From Escherichia coli (GTDB lineage: Bacteria; Pseudomonadota; Gammaproteobacteria; Enterobacterales; Enterobacteriaceae), in assembly GCF_029227855.1 (NCBI RefSeq), contig NZ_CP074356.1: a stretch of DNA of 64,000 nucleotides; one strand, written 5' to 3'. The translations under genes and the position numbers were made by a program. Numbering within the stretch: the first letter of the stretch is position 1; each line of letters starts with the position of its first letter. The notes beneath the pieces were generated by a model. The model made no database searches and was not told the DNA's origin. It saw nothing but the letters and a program-made list of their open reading frames with translations. This document shows positions 1-11,558 of this stretch, one piece after another.

Positions 1-1015
1 ACAGGTCTATATGCAACTGCTGAATAAAGAGCAGGAGCTGAAAATCACCGAAGCCAGCACCGTCGGCGATGTGCGCATTGTTGACCCGGCAATCACCCAG
101 CCTGGCGTGCTAAAACCGAAGAAAGGGCTGATTATCCTCGGCGCGATTATCCTTGGCCTGATGCTCTCTATCGTGGGTGTGCTGCTGCGCTCGTTGTTTA
201 ATCGCGGCATCGAAAGCCCGCAGGTGCTGGAAGAACACGGTATCAGCGTCTATGCCAGCATCCCGTTGTCGGAATGGCAGAAAGCGCGCGATAGCGTCAA
301 AACCATCAAAGGGATTAAACGCTATAAACAGAGCCAGCTACTGGCGGTGGGGAATCCAACCGATCTGGCGATTGAAGCCATTCGCAGTCTGCGTACCAGT
401 CTGCACTTCGCGATGATGCAGGCACAGAACAATGTGTTGATGATGACAGGGGTTAGCCCGTCAATCGGTAAAACCTTTGTCTGCGCCAACCTGGCGGCGG
501 TGATCAGCCAGACCAATAAACGGGTGTTGTTGATCGACTGCGATATGCGCAAAGGCTACACCCACGAGCTGTTGGGCACTAATAACGTTAATGGCCTGTC
601 GGAAATTCTGATTGGTCAGGGCGATATTACTACCGCTGCTAAACCGACCTCTATTGCCAAATTTGACCTGATCCCGCGCGGTCAGGTACCGCCAAATCCT
701 TCTGAACTGTTGATGAGCGAACGCTTTGCCGAACTGGTGAACTGGGCGAGTAAAAACTACGACCTGGTGTTGATTGATACGCCGCCGATTCTGGCAGTGA
801 CCGATGCCGCAATTGTTGGTCGTCATGTCGGAACCACGTTAATGGTGGCGCGTTATGCGGTCAACACATTGAAAGAAGTGGAAACCAGTCTGAGCCGCTT
901 TGAGCAAAACGGTATTCCGGTGAAAGGGGTGATTCTGAACTCCATCTTCCGCCGCGCCAGCGCGTATCAGGATTATGGCTATTACGAATACGAATATAAG
1001 TCGGACGCGAAATAA
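1..1015 (+). CDS. wzc: Tyrosine-protein kinase Wzc, C-terminal portion (5' end lies outside the window)
   Basis: ORF 11..1015 is open to the window edge; Walker A-like GVSPSIGKT and tyrosine-rich tail YQDYGYYEYEYKSDAK; matches recalled E. coli Wzc C-terminus. Confidence 0.9.
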   Translation, partial: QVYMQLLNKEQELKITEASTVGDVRIVDPAITQPGVLKPKKGLIILGAIILGLMLSIVGVLLRSLFNRGIESPQVLEEHGISVYASIPLSEWQKARDSVKTIKGIKRYKQSQLLAVGNPTDLAIEAIRSLRTSLHFAMMQAQNNVLMMTGVSPSIGKTFVCANLAAVISQTNKRVLLIDCDMRKGYTHELLGTNNVNGLSEILIGQGDITTAAKPTSIAKFDLIPRGQVPPNPSELLMSERFAELVNWASKNYDLVLIDTPPILAVTDAAIVGRHVGTTLMVARYAVNTLKEVETSLSRFEQNGIPVKGVILNSIFRRASAYQDYGYYEYEYKSDAK

Positions 1016-1021
1016 CGAGAT

Positions 1022-1082
1022 CCGCTGTCGGATGCGATGCTGACGCATCTTATCCGACCTCCGTTCACGCCGCATCCGGCAA
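1022..1082. repeat. REP-like palindromic unit in the wzc-wcaA intergenic region
   Basis: cggatgcgatgctgacgcatcttatccgac followed by ccgttcacgccgcatccggca, resembling the E. coli REP consensus with tgaacg core and gcatccggc arm. Confidence 0.5.
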
Positions 1083-1143
1083 CAGAACCCGTAAACAAGC
1101 TTATAAACCGGCAGAACATCTCGACACTCCGGGAGAACAACCT

Positions 1144-1983
1144 ATGAAAGACAATCCGCTGATCTCAATCTATATGCCGACCTGGAATCGCCAACAACTG
1201 GCGATTCGGGCGATAAAATCGGTCCTGCGCCAGGACTATAATAACTGGGAGATGATCATCGTGGATGATTGCTCCACCTCCTGGGAACAACTGCAACAGT
1301 ACGTCACCGCCCTCAACGATCCGCGTATTACTTACATTCACAACGACATAAACAGCGGGGCGTGCGCGGTACGTAACCAGGCGATTATGCTGGCGCAAGG
1401 GGAATACATCACCGGGATCGATGATGATGATGAATGGACGCCCAACCGCTTGAGCGTCTTCCTCGCCCATAAACAGCAACTGGTCACACACGCCTTTTTG
1501 TACGCTAACGACTACGTTTGCCAGGGCGAAGTCTATTCCCAACCAGCAAGTTTGCCGCTATATCCCAAATCGCCGTATTCACGCCGCCTGTTCTATAAAC
1601 GCAATATCATTGGCAATCAGGTCTTTACCTGGGCGTGGCGTTTCAAAGAGTGTTTGTTTGATACCGAACTGAAAGCGGCACAGGATTACGACATCTTCCT
1701 GCGGATGGTGGTGGAGTATGGCGAACCGTGGAAAGTGGAAGAGGCGACGCAGATCCTGCATATCAATCACGGCGAAATGCAGATCACCTCGTCACCGAAA
1801 AAATTCTCCGGATACTTCCACTTTTACCGTAAGCACAAAGACAAATTTGACCGCGCCAGCAAAAAATATCAGCTGTTTACCCTCTACCAGATCCGCAATA
1901 AACGCATGACCTGGCGCACTTTGCTGACGCTGCTGTCGGTGCGTAACGGCAAACGTCTGGCTGATGGTATTCGGGGGCGCTAA
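1144..1983 (+). CDS. wcaA: Colanic acid biosynthesis glycosyltransferase WcaA (GT2)
   Basis: 279 aa ORF; MKDNPLISIYMPTWNR N-terminus and DDD motif; position after wzc. Confidence 0.92.
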   Translation: MKDNPLISIYMPTWNRQQLAIRAIKSVLRQDYNNWEMIIVDDCSTSWEQLQQYVTALNDPRITYIHNDINSGACAVRNQAIMLAQGEYITGIDDDDEWTPNRLSVFLAHKQQLVTHAFLYANDYVCQGEVYSQPASLPLYPKSPYSRRLFYKRNIIGNQVFTWAWRFKECLFDTELKAAQDYDIFLRMVVEYGEPWKVEEATQILHINHGEMQITSSPKKFSGYFHFYRKHKDKFDRASKKYQLFTLYQIRNKRMTWRTLLTLLSVRNGKRLADGIRGR

Positions 1984-1985
1984 AG

Positions 1986-2474
1986 ATGCTGGAAGATCTG
2001 CGCGCCAACAGCTGGAGTTTACGCCCGTGCTGCATGGTTCTTGCCTATCGCGCCGCTCATTTTTGTTCGGTGTGGCGCAAAAAGAACGTTCTCAACAATA
2101 TTTGGGCGGCCCCGCTGCTGGTGCTGTATCGCATTATCACCGAATGCTTTTTCGGTTATGAAATCCAGGCAGCCGCAACCATTGGTCGCCGCTTTACTAT
2201 CCATCACGGTTACGCCGTAGTGATCAATAAAAACGTGGTTGCGGGGGATGATTTCACCATTCGCCACGGCGTCACTATCGGCAATCGTGGTGCCGATAAC
2301 ATGGCATGTCCACACATTGGCAACGGCGTCGAACTCGGTGCCAACGTCATTATTCTTGGTGATATCACGCTTGGTAACAACGTCACCGTGGGCGCGGGCA
2401 GCGTGGTGCTCGACTCTGTCCCGGACAACGCGCTGGTGGTGGGAGAAAAAGCGCGAGTGAAGGTAATTAAATGA
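1986..2474 (+). CDS. wcaB: Colanic acid biosynthesis acetyltransferase WcaB
   Basis: 162 aa ORF with hexapeptide-repeat-like C-terminus; matches recalled WcaB. Confidence 0.92.
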   Translation: MLEDLRANSWSLRPCCMVLAYRAAHFCSVWRKKNVLNNIWAAPLLVLYRIITECFFGYEIQAAATIGRRFTIHHGYAVVINKNVVAGDDFTIRHGVTIGNRGADNMACPHIGNGVELGANVIILGDITLGNNVTVGAGSVVLDSVPDNALVVGEKARVKVIK

Positions 2475-3688
2475 ATATTCTGCAATTTAATGTGCGACTG
2501 GCGGAAGGCGGTGCGGCAGGTGTGGCGTTAGATCTCCACCAGCGAGCACTGCAACAGGGGCTGGCGTCACATTTTGTCTACGGCTACGGCAAAGGCGGCA
2601 AAGAGAGCGTCAGCCATCAGAACTATCCGCAGGTCATCAAATATACGCCGCGGATGACCGCGATGGCGAATATTGCTCTGTTTCGTCTGTTTAATCGCGA
2701 TCTGTTTGGCAATTTCAATGAGTTATATCGCACCATTACTCGCACACCGGGTCCGGTGGTCCTGCATTTTCATGTGCTGCACAGCTACTGGCTAAATCTT
2801 AAGAGCGTGGTGCGCTTTTGCGAAAAGGTGAAAAACTATAAACCGGACGTCACTCTGGTCTGGACGCTGCACGACCACTGGAGCGTTACCGGACGCTGCG
2901 CCTTTACCGACGGTTGTGACGGCTGGAAAACAGGCTGCCGGAAATGCCCGACCTTAAATAATTATCCGCCGGTGAAGATTGATCGCGCACACCAGCTGGT
3001 GGCGGGCAAACGCCAGTTATTCCGTGAGATGCTGGCGCTGGGCTGTCAGTTTATTTCCCCCAGCCAGCATGTGGCTGATGCTTTCAATAGTCTGTACGGT
3101 CCAGGGCGTTGCCGGATTATCAATAATGGCATTGATATGGCAACCGAAGCGATTCTGGCGGACTTGCCTCCGGTGCGCGAAACTCAGGGCAAGCCGAAAA
3201 TCGCGGTGGTAGCGCATGACCTGCGTTACGACGGCAAGACTAACCAGCAACTGGTGCGTGAGATGATGGCGCTGGGCGACAAAATCGAACTACATACCTT
3301 CGGTAAGTTCTCGTCGTTCACCGCTGGCAACGTGGTTAATCACGGCTTTGAAACTGACAAGCGCAAGTTGATGAGCGCGCTCAATCAGATGGATGCGCTG
3401 GTATTCAGTTCTCGCGTCGATAACTACCCACTGATTTTGTGTGAGGCGCTATCGATTGGTGTGCCGGTGATTGCCACCCATAGCGACGCGGCACGTGAAG
3501 TGTTGCAAAAATCCGGCGGTAAAACCGTCAGCGAAGAAGACGTGCTGCAACTGGTGCAGTTAAGCAAACCGGAAATCGCGCAGGCGATATTTAGTACCAC
3601 GCTGGCTGAGTTCAGCCAACGCAGCCGCGTCGCCTACAGTGGACAACAGATGCTGGAGGAGTATGTCAACTTCTATCAGAATCTGTAG
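2471..3688 (+). CDS. wcaC: Colanic acid biosynthesis glycosyltransferase WcaC
   Basis: 405 aa ORF, start overlaps the wcaB stop; conserved cluster order. Confidence 0.92.
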   Translation: MNILQFNVRLAEGGAAGVALDLHQRALQQGLASHFVYGYGKGGKESVSHQNYPQVIKYTPRMTAMANIALFRLFNRDLFGNFNELYRTITRTPGPVVLHFHVLHSYWLNLKSVVRFCEKVKNYKPDVTLVWTLHDHWSVTGRCAFTDGCDGWKTGCRKCPTLNNYPPVKIDRAHQLVAGKRQLFREMLALGCQFISPSQHVADAFNSLYGPGRCRIINNGIDMATEAILADLPPVRETQGKPKIAVVAHDLRYDGKTNQQLVREMMALGDKIELHTFGKFSSFTAGNVVNHGFETDKRKLMSALNQMDALVFSSRVDNYPLILCEALSIGVPVIATHSDAAREVLQKSGGKTVSEEDVLQLVQLSKPEIAQAIFSTTLAEFSQRSRVAYSGQQMLEEYVNFYQNL

Positions 3689-4880
3689 CTACCTGCTGCT
3701 GCCGCTGATTTACCTGTTGGTTAACGTCAAAATCGCCCAGCTTGGCGAAAGTTTCCCCATCACCATCGTCACTTTTTTACCCGTCTTGTTATTGCTGTTT
3801 TTAGAACGCATCAGCGTTAAAAAATTGATGATTGCCTTAGGGATTGGCGCGGGACTCACGGCGTTTAACTACCTGTTTGGTCAGTCGTTGGATGCCAGTA
3901 AATACGTCACTTCAACCATGCTGTTTGTCTATATTGTGATCATTATTGGCATGGTGTGGAGTATTCGCTTTAAAACGATTTCGCCCCACAACCACCGCAA
4001 GATATTACGCTTTTTTTATCTGGTGGTCGGGTTGGTGGTGGCGCTGGCGGCGGTGGAGATGGCGCAAATTATCCTCACCGGTGGCAGCAGTATTATGGAG
4101 TCGATTTCAAAATATCTGATTTACAGCAACAGCTATGTACTGAATTTCATTAAATTCGGCGGCAAGCGCACGACAGCACTTTATTTCGAACCGGCATTTT
4201 TCGCTCTGGCATTAATCTCAATTTGGCTCAGCATCAAACAGTTTGGTATCAAAACCCCTAAAACCGATGCTATGATTCTCGCAGGGATAATATTATCCGG
4301 ATCGTTTTCAGGGGTTATGACCTTTATCCTGTTTTATTTGCTGGAGTGGGCATTTCAATATCTGAATAAAGAGGCGATTAAGAAAAAGTTACCGTTAGCA
4401 TTGATTTCTCTGGCTGTATTCCTGGTTGGTGTGGTAATTGCATTTCCTTATATTTCCACCCGTCTGGGCGATTTAGGTACGGAAGGATCGTCATCATATT
4501 ATCGTATTGTCGGTCCGCTGGTGATGGTCGGTTATTCTTTGACCCATATTGACGGTGTAGTCAGATTTGGCTCACTTTATGAATATGTCGCATCATTCGG
4601 AATATTTAACGGTGCGGATGTCGGAAAAACCATAGACAATGGTTTGTATCTGCTGATTATTTATTTTTCCTGGTTCGCGGTGTTTTTATCACTGTGGTAC
4701 ATGGGGAAAGTGATAAAAATGATGATCAACGCTTTTGGTGATAACCGCAATTTTCGCGTGCAATTATATCTTTTTACTCCGGTATCGCTGTTTTTTACCG
4801 GTTCGATATTTAGCCCGGAATATGCATTTTTAATCGTCTGTCCGTTTATTTTGCGAAAAGCGTTAAATATTACGAGGTAA
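3663..4880 (+). CDS. wcaD: Putative colanic acid polymerase WcaD
   Basis: Multi-pass membrane protein; start placed at internal ATG ([12 protein letters not shown]...) to give 405 aa as in K-12 WcaD. Confidence 0.88.
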   Translation: MSTSIRICSYLLLPLIYLLVNVKIAQLGESFPITIVTFLPVLLLLFLERISVKKLMIALGIGAGLTAFNYLFGQSLDASKYVTSTMLFVYIVIIIGMVWSIRFKTISPHNHRKILRFFYLVVGLVVALAAVEMAQIILTGGSSIMESISKYLIYSNSYVLNFIKFGGKRTTALYFEPAFFALALISIWLSIKQFGIKTPKTDAMILAGIILSGSFSGVMTFILFYLLEWAFQYLNKEAIKKKLPLALISLAVFLVGVVIAFPYISTRLGDLGTEGSSSYYRIVGPLVMVGYSLTHIDGVVRFGSLYEYVASFGIFNGADVGKTIDNGLYLLIIYFSWFAVFLSLWYMGKVIKMMINAFGDNRNFRVQLYLFTPVSLFFTGSIFSPEYAFLIVCPFILRKALNITR

Positions 4881-4890
4881 GAATAAGAAC

Positions 4891-5637
4891 ATGTTGCTTA
4901 GCATAATCACTGTCGCGTTTCGTAACCTCGCAGGGATAGTCAAAACACACGCCTCGCTGGCGCATCTGGCGCAGGCGGACGATATCAGCTTCGAATGGAT
5001 TGTTGTCGATGGCGGTTCCAATGACGGCACCCGTGAGTACCTGGAAAATCTCAATGGTATCTATAACCTACGCTTTGTCAGCGAGCCAGATAACGGTATC
5101 TACGACGCCATGAACAAGGGCATTGCGATGGCACAAGGCAAGTTCGCGTTGTTTCTCAACTCGGGCGATATTTTTCATCAGGATGCCGCAAATTTTGTCC
5201 GTAAGTTAAAAGTGCAAAAAGATAACGTGATGATCACCGGCGATGCGCTGCTGGATTTTGGCGACGGGCATAAGATTAAACGTAGCGCCAAACCGGGGTG
5301 GTATATTTATCACAGCCTGCCCGCCAGTCATCAGGCGATATTTTTTCCGGTATCCGGCTTGAAAAAATGGCGTTATGACCTGGAATATAAAGTTTCTTCC
5401 GACTACGCGCTGGCAGCCAAAATGTATAAAGCCGGTTATGCATTTAAAAAACTCAATGGCCTGGTGTCTGAATTTTCTATGGGTGGAGTATCTACCACCA
5501 ATAATATGGAATTATGTGCTGACGCCAAAAAAGTCCAACGGCAGATATTGCACGTGCCTGGCTTTTGGGCTGAATTATCCTGGCATTTACGCCAACGTAC
5601 TACCTCAAAGACGAAAGCCTTATATAACAAAAGCTGA
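4891..5637 (+). CDS. wcaE: Colanic acid biosynthesis glycosyltransferase WcaE
   Basis: 248 aa ORF; GT2-like; conserved position. Confidence 0.9.
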   Translation: MLLSIITVAFRNLAGIVKTHASLAHLAQADDISFEWIVVDGGSNDGTREYLENLNGIYNLRFVSEPDNGIYDAMNKGIAMAQGKFALFLNSGDIFHQDAANFVRKLKVQKDNVMITGDALLDFGDGHKIKRSAKPGWYIYHSLPASHQAIFFPVSGLKKWRYDLEYKVSSDYALAAKMYKAGYAFKKLNGLVSEFSMGGVSTTNNMELCADAKKVQRQILHVPGFWAELSWHLRQRTTSKTKALYNKS

Positions 5638-5652
5638 ATATAAGGGAAAACG

Positions 5653-6201
5653 ATGCAGGATTTAAGTGGTTTCTCGGTGCCGAAAGGGTTCCGGGGCGGC
5701 AACGCTATTAAAGTGCAATTGTGGTGGGCGGTACAGGCAACATTATTTGCCTGGTCGCCACAAGTATTGTATCGCTGGCGGGCATTTTTATTACGTTTAT
5801 TCGGCGCAAAAATAGGAAAAAACGTAGTTATTCGTCCGTCAGTAAAAATTACCTATCCGTGGAAATTAACCTTAGGTGATTACGCGTGGGTCGGCGATGA
5901 CGTCAATTTATATACCCTCGGTGAAATAACCATTGGCGCACATTCGGTGATATCGCAAAAAAGTTATTTATGCACCGGGAGCCACGACCATGCAAGTCAA
6001 CATTTCACCATTAACGCCACGCCTATTGTGATTGGCGAGAAATGCTGGCTGGCGACAGATGTTTTTGTTGCCCCAGGCGTCACGATTGGCGACGGCACCG
6101 TCGTGGGTGCACGAAGCAGTGTTTTTAAATCGCTCCCGGCAAATGTGGTTTGCCGGGGGAATCCCGCAGTGGTGATACGCGAACGCGTTGAAACTGAATA
6201 A
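5653..6201 (+). CDS. wcaF: Colanic acid biosynthesis acetyltransferase WcaF
   Basis: 182 aa ORF with left-handed beta-helix hexapeptide repeats. Confidence 0.9.
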   Translation: MQDLSGFSVPKGFRGGNAIKVQLWWAVQATLFAWSPQVLYRWRAFLLRLFGAKIGKNVVIRPSVKITYPWKLTLGDYAWVGDDVNLYTLGEITIGAHSVISQKSYLCTGSHDHASQHFTINATPIVIGEKCWLATDVFVAPGVTIGDGTVVGARSSVFKSLPANVVCRGNPAVVIRERVETE

Positions 6202-6227
6202 ATTCAAAAAATACAGAGGAATAAGAC

Positions 6228-7349
6228 ATGTCAAAAGTCGCTCTCATCACCGGTGTAACCGGACAAGACGGTTCTTACCTGGCAGAGTTTCTGCTGGAAA
6301 AAGGTTACGAGGTGCATGGTATTAAGCGTCGCGCATCGTCATTCAACACCGAGCGCGTGGATCACATTTATCAGGATCCGCACACCTGCAACCCGAAATT
6401 CCATCTGCATTATGGCGACCTGAGTGATACCTCCAACCTGACGCGCATTTTGCGTGAAGTGCAGCCGGATGAAGTGTACAACCTGGGCGCAATGAGCCAC
6501 GTTGCGGTTTCTTTTGAGTCACCGGAATATACCGCAGACGTCGATGCGATGGGTACGCTGCGCCTGCTCGAGGCGATCCGCTTCCTCGGTCTGGAAAAGA
6601 AAACCCGTTTCTATCAGGCTTCCACCTCTGAACTGTATGGTCTGGTGCAGGAAATTCCGCAGAAAGAGACCACGCCGTTCTACCCGCGATCTCCGTATGC
6701 GGTCGCCAAACTGTACGCCTACTGGATCACCGTTAACTACCGCGAATCCTACGGCATGTACGCCTGTAACGGTATTCTCTTCAACCATGAATCCCCGCGC
6801 CGCGGCGAAACCTTCGTTACCCGCAAAATCACCCGCGCAATCGCCAACATCGCCCAGGGGCTGGAATCGTGCCTGTACCTCGGCAATATGGATTCCCTGC
6901 GTGACTGGGGCCACGCCAAAGACTACGTAAAAATGCAGTGGATGATGCTGCAACAGGAACAGCCGGAAGATTTCGTTATCGCGACCGGCGTTCAGTACTC
7001 CGTACGTCAGTTCGTGGAAATGGCGGCAGCACAGCTGGGCATCAAACTGCGCTTTGAAGGCACGGGTGTTGAAGAGAAGGGCATTGTGGTTTCCGTCACC
7101 GGGCATGACGCGCCGGGCGTTAAACCGGGCGATGTGATTATCGCCATTGATCCGCGTTACTTCCGTCCGGCAGAAGTTGAAACGCTGCTCGGTGACCCGA
7201 CCAAAGCGAACGAAAAACTGGGCTGGAAACCGGAAATCACCCTCAGAGAGATGGTGTCTGAAATGGTGGCTAATGACCTCGAAGCGGCGAAAAAACACTC
7301 TCTGCTGAAATCTCACGGCTACGACGTGGCGATCGCGCTGGAGTCATAA
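6228..7349 (+). CDS. gmd: GDP-mannose 4,6-dehydratase
   Basis: 373 aa ORF; N-terminal Rossmann motif [19 protein letters not shown]; matches recalled Gmd. Confidence 0.95.
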   Translation: MSKVALITGVTGQDGSYLAEFLLEKGYEVHGIKRRASSFNTERVDHIYQDPHTCNPKFHLHYGDLSDTSNLTRILREVQPDEVYNLGAMSHVAVSFESPEYTADVDAMGTLRLLEAIRFLGLEKKTRFYQASTSELYGLVQEIPQKETTPFYPRSPYAVAKLYAYWITVNYRESYGMYACNGILFNHESPRRGETFVTRKITRAIANIAQGLESCLYLGNMDSLRDWGHAKDYVKMQWMMLQQEQPEDFVIATGVQYSVRQFVEMAAAQLGIKLRFEGTGVEEKGIVVSVTGHDAPGVKPGDVIIAIDPRYFRPAEVETLLGDPTKANEKLGWKPEITLREMVSEMVANDLEAAKKHSLLKSHGYDVAIALES

Positions 7350-7351
7350 GC

Positions 7352-8317
7352 ATGAGTAGACAACGCATTTTTATCGCTGGCCATCGCGGGATGGTCGGTT
7401 CTGCCATCAGGCGGCAGCTCGAACAGCGCGGTGATGTGGAACTGGTATTACGCACCCGCGACGAGCTGAACCTGCTGGACAGCCGCGCGGTGCATGATTT
7501 CTTTGCCAGCGAACGTATTGACCAGGTCTATCTGGCGGCGGCGAAAGTGGGCGGCATTGTTGCCAACAACACGTATCCGGCGGATTTCATCTACCAGAAC
7601 ATGATGATTGAGAGCAACATCATTCACGCCGCGCATCAGAACGACGTGAACAAACTGCTGTTTCTCGGATCGTCCTGTATCTACCCGAAACTGGCAAAAC
7701 AGCCGATGGCAGAAAGCGAGTTATTGCAGGGTACGCTGGAGCCGACCAACGAGCCTTATGCCATTGCCAAAATCGCTGGGATCAAACTGTGCGAATCTTA
7801 CAACCGCCAGTATGGACGCGATTACCGCTCGGTCATGCCGACCAACCTGTATGGCCCGCATGACAACTTCCACCCGAGTAATTCGCATGTGATCCCAGCA
7901 TTGCTGCGTCGCTTCCACGAGGCGACGGCACAGAATGCGCCGGACGTGGTGGTGTGGGGCAGCGGTACACCGATGCGTGAATTTCTGCACGTCGATGATA
8001 TGGCGGCGGCAAGCATTCATGTGATGGAGCTGGCGCACGAAGTCTGGCTGGAAAACACCCAGCCGATGTTGTCGCACATTAACGTCGGCACGGGCGTTGA
8101 CTGCACCATCCGTGAACTGGCGCAAACCATCGCCAAAGTGGTGGGTTACAAAGGTCGGGTGGTTTTTGATGCCAGCAAACCGGATGGCACACCGCGCAAA
8201 CTGCTGGATGTGACGCGCCTGCATCAGCTTGGCTGGTATCACGAAATCTCACTGGAAGCGGGGCTTGCCAGCACTTACCAGTGGTTCCTTGAGAATCAAG
8301 ACCGCTTTCGGGGGTAA
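7352..8317 (+). CDS. fcl: GDP-L-fucose synthase (GDP-4-keto-6-deoxymannose 3,5-epimerase/4-reductase)
   Basis: 321 aa ORF; [16 protein letters not shown]-terminus; follows gmd. Confidence 0.95.
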   Translation: MSRQRIFIAGHRGMVGSAIRRQLEQRGDVELVLRTRDELNLLDSRAVHDFFASERIDQVYLAAAKVGGIVANNTYPADFIYQNMMIESNIIHAAHQNDVNKLLFLGSSCIYPKLAKQPMAESELLQGTLEPTNEPYAIAKIAGIKLCESYNRQYGRDYRSVMPTNLYGPHDNFHPSNSHVIPALLRRFHEATAQNAPDVVVWGSGTPMREFLHVDDMAAASIHVMELAHEVWLENTQPMLSHINVGTGVDCTIRELAQTIAKVVGYKGRVVFDASKPDGTPRKLLDVTRLHQLGWYHEISLEAGLASTYQWFLENQDRFRG

Positions 8318-8319
8318 TG

Positions 8320-8799
8320 ATGTTTTTACGTCAGGAAGACTTTGCCACGGTAGTGCGCTCCACTCCGCTTGTCTCTCTCGACTTTATTGTTGAGAACAGT
8401 CGCGGCGAGTTTCTGCTTGGCAAAAGAACCAACCGCCCGGCGCAGGGTTACTGGTTTGTGCCGGGAGGGCGCGTGCAGAAAGACGAAACGCTGGAAGCCG
8501 CATTTGAGCGGCTGACGATGGCGGAACTGGGGCTGCGTCTGCCGATAACAGCAGGCCAGTTTTACGGTGTCTGGCAGCACTTTTATGACGATAACTTCTC
8601 CGGCACGGATTTCACCACTCACTATTTGGTGCTCGGTTTTCGCTTCAGAGTAGCGGAAGAAGAGCTGTTACTGCCGGATGAGCAGCATGACGATTACCGC
8701 TGGCTGACGCCGGACGCACTGCTCGCCAGTGACAATGTTCACGCTAACAGCCGCGCCTATTTTCTCGCTGAGAAGCGTGCCGGAGTACCCGGATTATGA
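8320..8799 (+). CDS. gmm: GDP-mannose mannosyl hydrolase (Nudix)
   Basis: 159 aa from [12 protein letters not shown]; Nudix fold; position after fcl. Confidence 0.9.
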   Translation: MFLRQEDFATVVRSTPLVSLDFIVENSRGEFLLGKRTNRPAQGYWFVPGGRVQKDETLEAAFERLTMAELGLRLPITAGQFYGVWQHFYDDNFSGTDFTTHYLVLGFRFRVAEEELLLPDEQHDDYRWLTPDALLASDNVHANSRAYFLAEKRAGVPGL

Positions 8800-10019
8800 A
8801 AATACTGGTCTACGGCATTAACTACTCGCCGGAGTTAACCGGCATCGGCAAATACACCGGAGAGATGGTGGAATGGCTTGCGGCACAAGGTCATGAGGTG
8901 CGGGTCATAACCGCACCGCCTTACTACCCGCAGTGGCAGGTGGGCGAGAACTATTCCGCCTGGCGCTACAAACGAGAAGAGGGGGCCGCCACGGTGTGGC
9001 GCTGCCCGCTGTACGTGCCAAAACAGCCGAGCACCCTGAAACGCTTGTTGCATCTCGGCAGTTTTGCCGTCAGCAGTTTTTTCCCGTTGATGGCGCAACG
9101 TCGCTGGAAGCCGGATCGCATTATTGGCGTGGTGCCAACGCTGTTTTGCACGCCGGGAATGCGCCTGCTGGCGAAACTCTCTGGCGCGCGTACCGTGCTG
9201 CATATTCAGGATTACGAAGTGGACGCCATGCTGGGGCTGGGCCTTGCCGGAAAAGGCAAAGGCGGCAAAGTGGCACAGCTGGCGACGGCGTTCGAACGTA
9301 GCGGACTGCATAACGTCGATAACGTCTCCACGATTTCGCGCTCGATGATGAATAAAGCCATCGAAAAAGGCGTGGCGGCGGAAAACGTCATCTTCTTCCC
9401 CAACTGGTCGGAAATCGCCCGTTTTCAATATGTTGCAGACGCCGATGTTGATGCCCTTCGTAACCAGCTTGGCCTGCCGGATAACAAAAAAATCATTCTT
9501 TACTCCGGCAATATTGGTGAAAAGCAGGGGCTGGAAAACGTTATTGAAGCTGCCGATCACCTGCGCGATGAACCGCTGATTTTTGCCATTGTCGGGCAGG
9601 GCGGCGGCAAAGCGCGGCTGGAAAAAATGGCGCAGCAGCGCGGACTGCGCAACATGCAATTTTTTCCGCTGCAATCGTATGACGCTTTACCCGCACTGCT
9701 GAAGATGGGCGATTGCCATCTGGTGGTGCAAAAACGCGGCGCGGCAGATGCCGTATTGCCGTCGAAACTGACCAATATTCTGGCGGTAGGCGGTAACGCG
9801 GTGATTACCGCAGAAGCCCACACCGAACTGGGGCAGCTTTGCGAAACCTTTCCGGGCATTGCGGTTTGCGTAGAGCCGGAATCGGTCGAGGCGCTGGTGG
9901 CGGGGATCCGTCAGGCGCTCCTGCTGCCCAAACACAACACGGTGGCATGTGAATATGCCGAACGCACGCTCGATAAAGAGAACGTGTTACGTCAATTTAT
10001 AAATGATATTCGGGGATAA
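8796..10019 (+). CDS. wcaI: Colanic acid biosynthesis glycosyltransferase WcaI (GT4)
   Basis: 407 aa ORF; GT4 architecture; conserved position. Confidence 0.92.
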   Translation: MKILVYGINYSPELTGIGKYTGEMVEWLAAQGHEVRVITAPPYYPQWQVGENYSAWRYKREEGAATVWRCPLYVPKQPSTLKRLLHLGSFAVSSFFPLMAQRRWKPDRIIGVVPTLFCTPGMRLLAKLSGARTVLHIQDYEVDAMLGLGLAGKGKGGKVAQLATAFERSGLHNVDNVSTISRSMMNKAIEKGVAAENVIFFPNWSEIARFQYVADADVDALRNQLGLPDNKKIILYSGNIGEKQGLENVIEAADHLRDEPLIFAIVGQGGGKARLEKMAQQRGLRNMQFFPLQSYDALPALLKMGDCHLVVQKRGAADAVLPSKLTNILAVGGNAVITAEAHTELGQLCETFPGIAVCVEPESVEALVAGIRQALLLPKHNTVACEYAERTLDKENVLRQFINDIRG

Positions 10020-10021
10020 TT

Positions 10022-11458
10022 ATGGCGCAGTCGAAACTCTATCCAGTTGTGATGGCAGGTGGCTCCGGTAGCCGCTTATGGCCGCTTTCCCGCGTACTTT
10101 ACCCCAAGCAGTTTTTATGCCTGAAAGGCGATCTCACCATGCTGCAAACCACCATCTGCCGCCTGAACGGCGTGGAGTGCGAAAGCCCGGTGGTGATTTG
10201 CAATGAGCAGCACCGCTTTATTGTCGCGGAACAGCTGCGTCAACTGAACAAACTCACCGAGAATATTATTCTCGAACCGGCAGGGCGTAACACTGCACCT
10301 GCCATTGCACTGGCGGCGCTGGCGGCAAAACGTCATAGCCCGGAGAGCGACCCGTTAATGCTGGTGCTGGCGGCGGATCATGTGATTGCCGATGAAGACG
10401 CGTTCCGTGCCGCCGTGCGTAATGCCATGCCGTATGCCGAAGCGGGCAAGCTGGTGACCTTTGGCATTGTGCCGGATCTACCAGAAACCGGTTATGGCTA
10501 TATTCGTCGCGGTGAAGTGTCTGCGGGTGAGCAGGATACGGTGGCCTTTGAAGTGGCGCAGTTTGTCGAAAAACCGAATCTGGAAACCGCTCAGGCCTAT
10601 GTGGCAAGCGGCGAATATTACTGGAACAGCGGTATGTTTCTGTTCCGCGCCGGACGCTATCTCGAAGAACTGAAAAAATATCGCCCGGATATTCTCGACG
10701 CCTGTGAAAAAGCGATGAGCGCCGTCGATCCGGATCTCGATTTTATTCGTGTGAATGAAGACGCGTTTCTGGCGTGCCCGGAAGAGTCGGTGGATTACGC
10801 GGTCATGGAACGTACGGCAGATGCTGTTGTGGTGCCGATGGATGCGGGCTGGAGCGATGTTGGTTCCTGGTCCTCTTTATGGGAAATCAGCGCCCACACC
10901 GCCGAGGGCAACGTTTGCCACGGCGATGTGATTAATCATAAAACTGAAAACAGCTATGTGTACGCCGAATCTGGCCTGGTCACCACCGTCGGGGTGAAAG
11001 ATTTGGTGGTAGTGCAGACCAAAGATGCGGTGCTGATTGCCGACCGTAACGCGGTACAGGATGTGAAAAAAGTGGTCGAGCAGATCAAAGCCGACGGTCG
11101 CCATGAGCATCGGGTGCATCGCGAAGTGTATCGTCCGTGGGGCAAATATGACTCTATTGATGCGGGCGACCGCTACCAGGTGAAACGCATCACCGTGAAA
11201 CCGGGCGAAGGCTTGTCAGTACAGATGCACCATCACCGCGCGGAACACTGGGTAGTGGTCGCGGGAACGGCAAAAGTCACTATTGACGGTGATATCAAAC
11301 TGCTTGGTGAAAACGAGTCCATTTATATTCCGCTGGGGGCGACGCACTGCCTGGAAAACCCGGGGAAAATTCCGCTCGATTTAATTGAAGTGCGCTCCGG
11401 CTCTTATCTCGAAGAGGATGATGTGGTGCGCTTCGCGGATCGCTACGGACGGGTGTAG
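10022..11458 (+). CDS. manC: Mannose-1-phosphate guanylyltransferase
   Basis: 478 aa ORF; nucleotidyltransferase N-terminus [14 protein letters not shown] and C-terminal cupin domain. Confidence 0.95.
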   Translation: MAQSKLYPVVMAGGSGSRLWPLSRVLYPKQFLCLKGDLTMLQTTICRLNGVECESPVVICNEQHRFIVAEQLRQLNKLTENIILEPAGRNTAPAIALAALAAKRHSPESDPLMLVLAADHVIADEDAFRAAVRNAMPYAEAGKLVTFGIVPDLPETGYGYIRRGEVSAGEQDTVAFEVAQFVEKPNLETAQAYVASGEYYWNSGMFLFRAGRYLEELKKYRPDILDACEKAMSAVDPDLDFIRVNEDAFLACPEESVDYAVMERTADAVVVPMDAGWSDVGSWSSLWEISAHTAEGNVCHGDVINHKTENSYVYAESGLVTTVGVKDLVVVQTKDAVLIADRNAVQDVKKVVEQIKADGRHEHRVHREVYRPWGKYDSIDAGDRYQVKRITVKPGEGLSVQMHHHRAEHWVVVAGTAKVTIDGDIKLLGENESIYIPLGATHCLENPGKIPLDLIEVRSGSYLEEDDVVRFADRYGRV

Positions 11459-11558
11459 CCGTTGAATAATCAACCGGATTAATTCTCCGGTAAATAACGA
11501 AAAAACAAAATTGGCCGCTTCGGTCAGGGCCAACTATTGCCTGAAAAAGGGTAACGAT

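Noticed and set aside
6519-7316. 265-aa ORF antisense to gmd
   Set aside because: Embedded in gmd; Arg/Phe-rich artefact of the complementary strand of a GC-rich gene.
8835-9674. 279-aa ORF antisense to wcaI
   Set aside because: It lies entirely inside a well-supported gene on the opposite strand, has an Arg/Ala/His-rich low-complexity composition typical of spurious antisense ORFs in GC-rich DNA, and has no start context or family resemblance.
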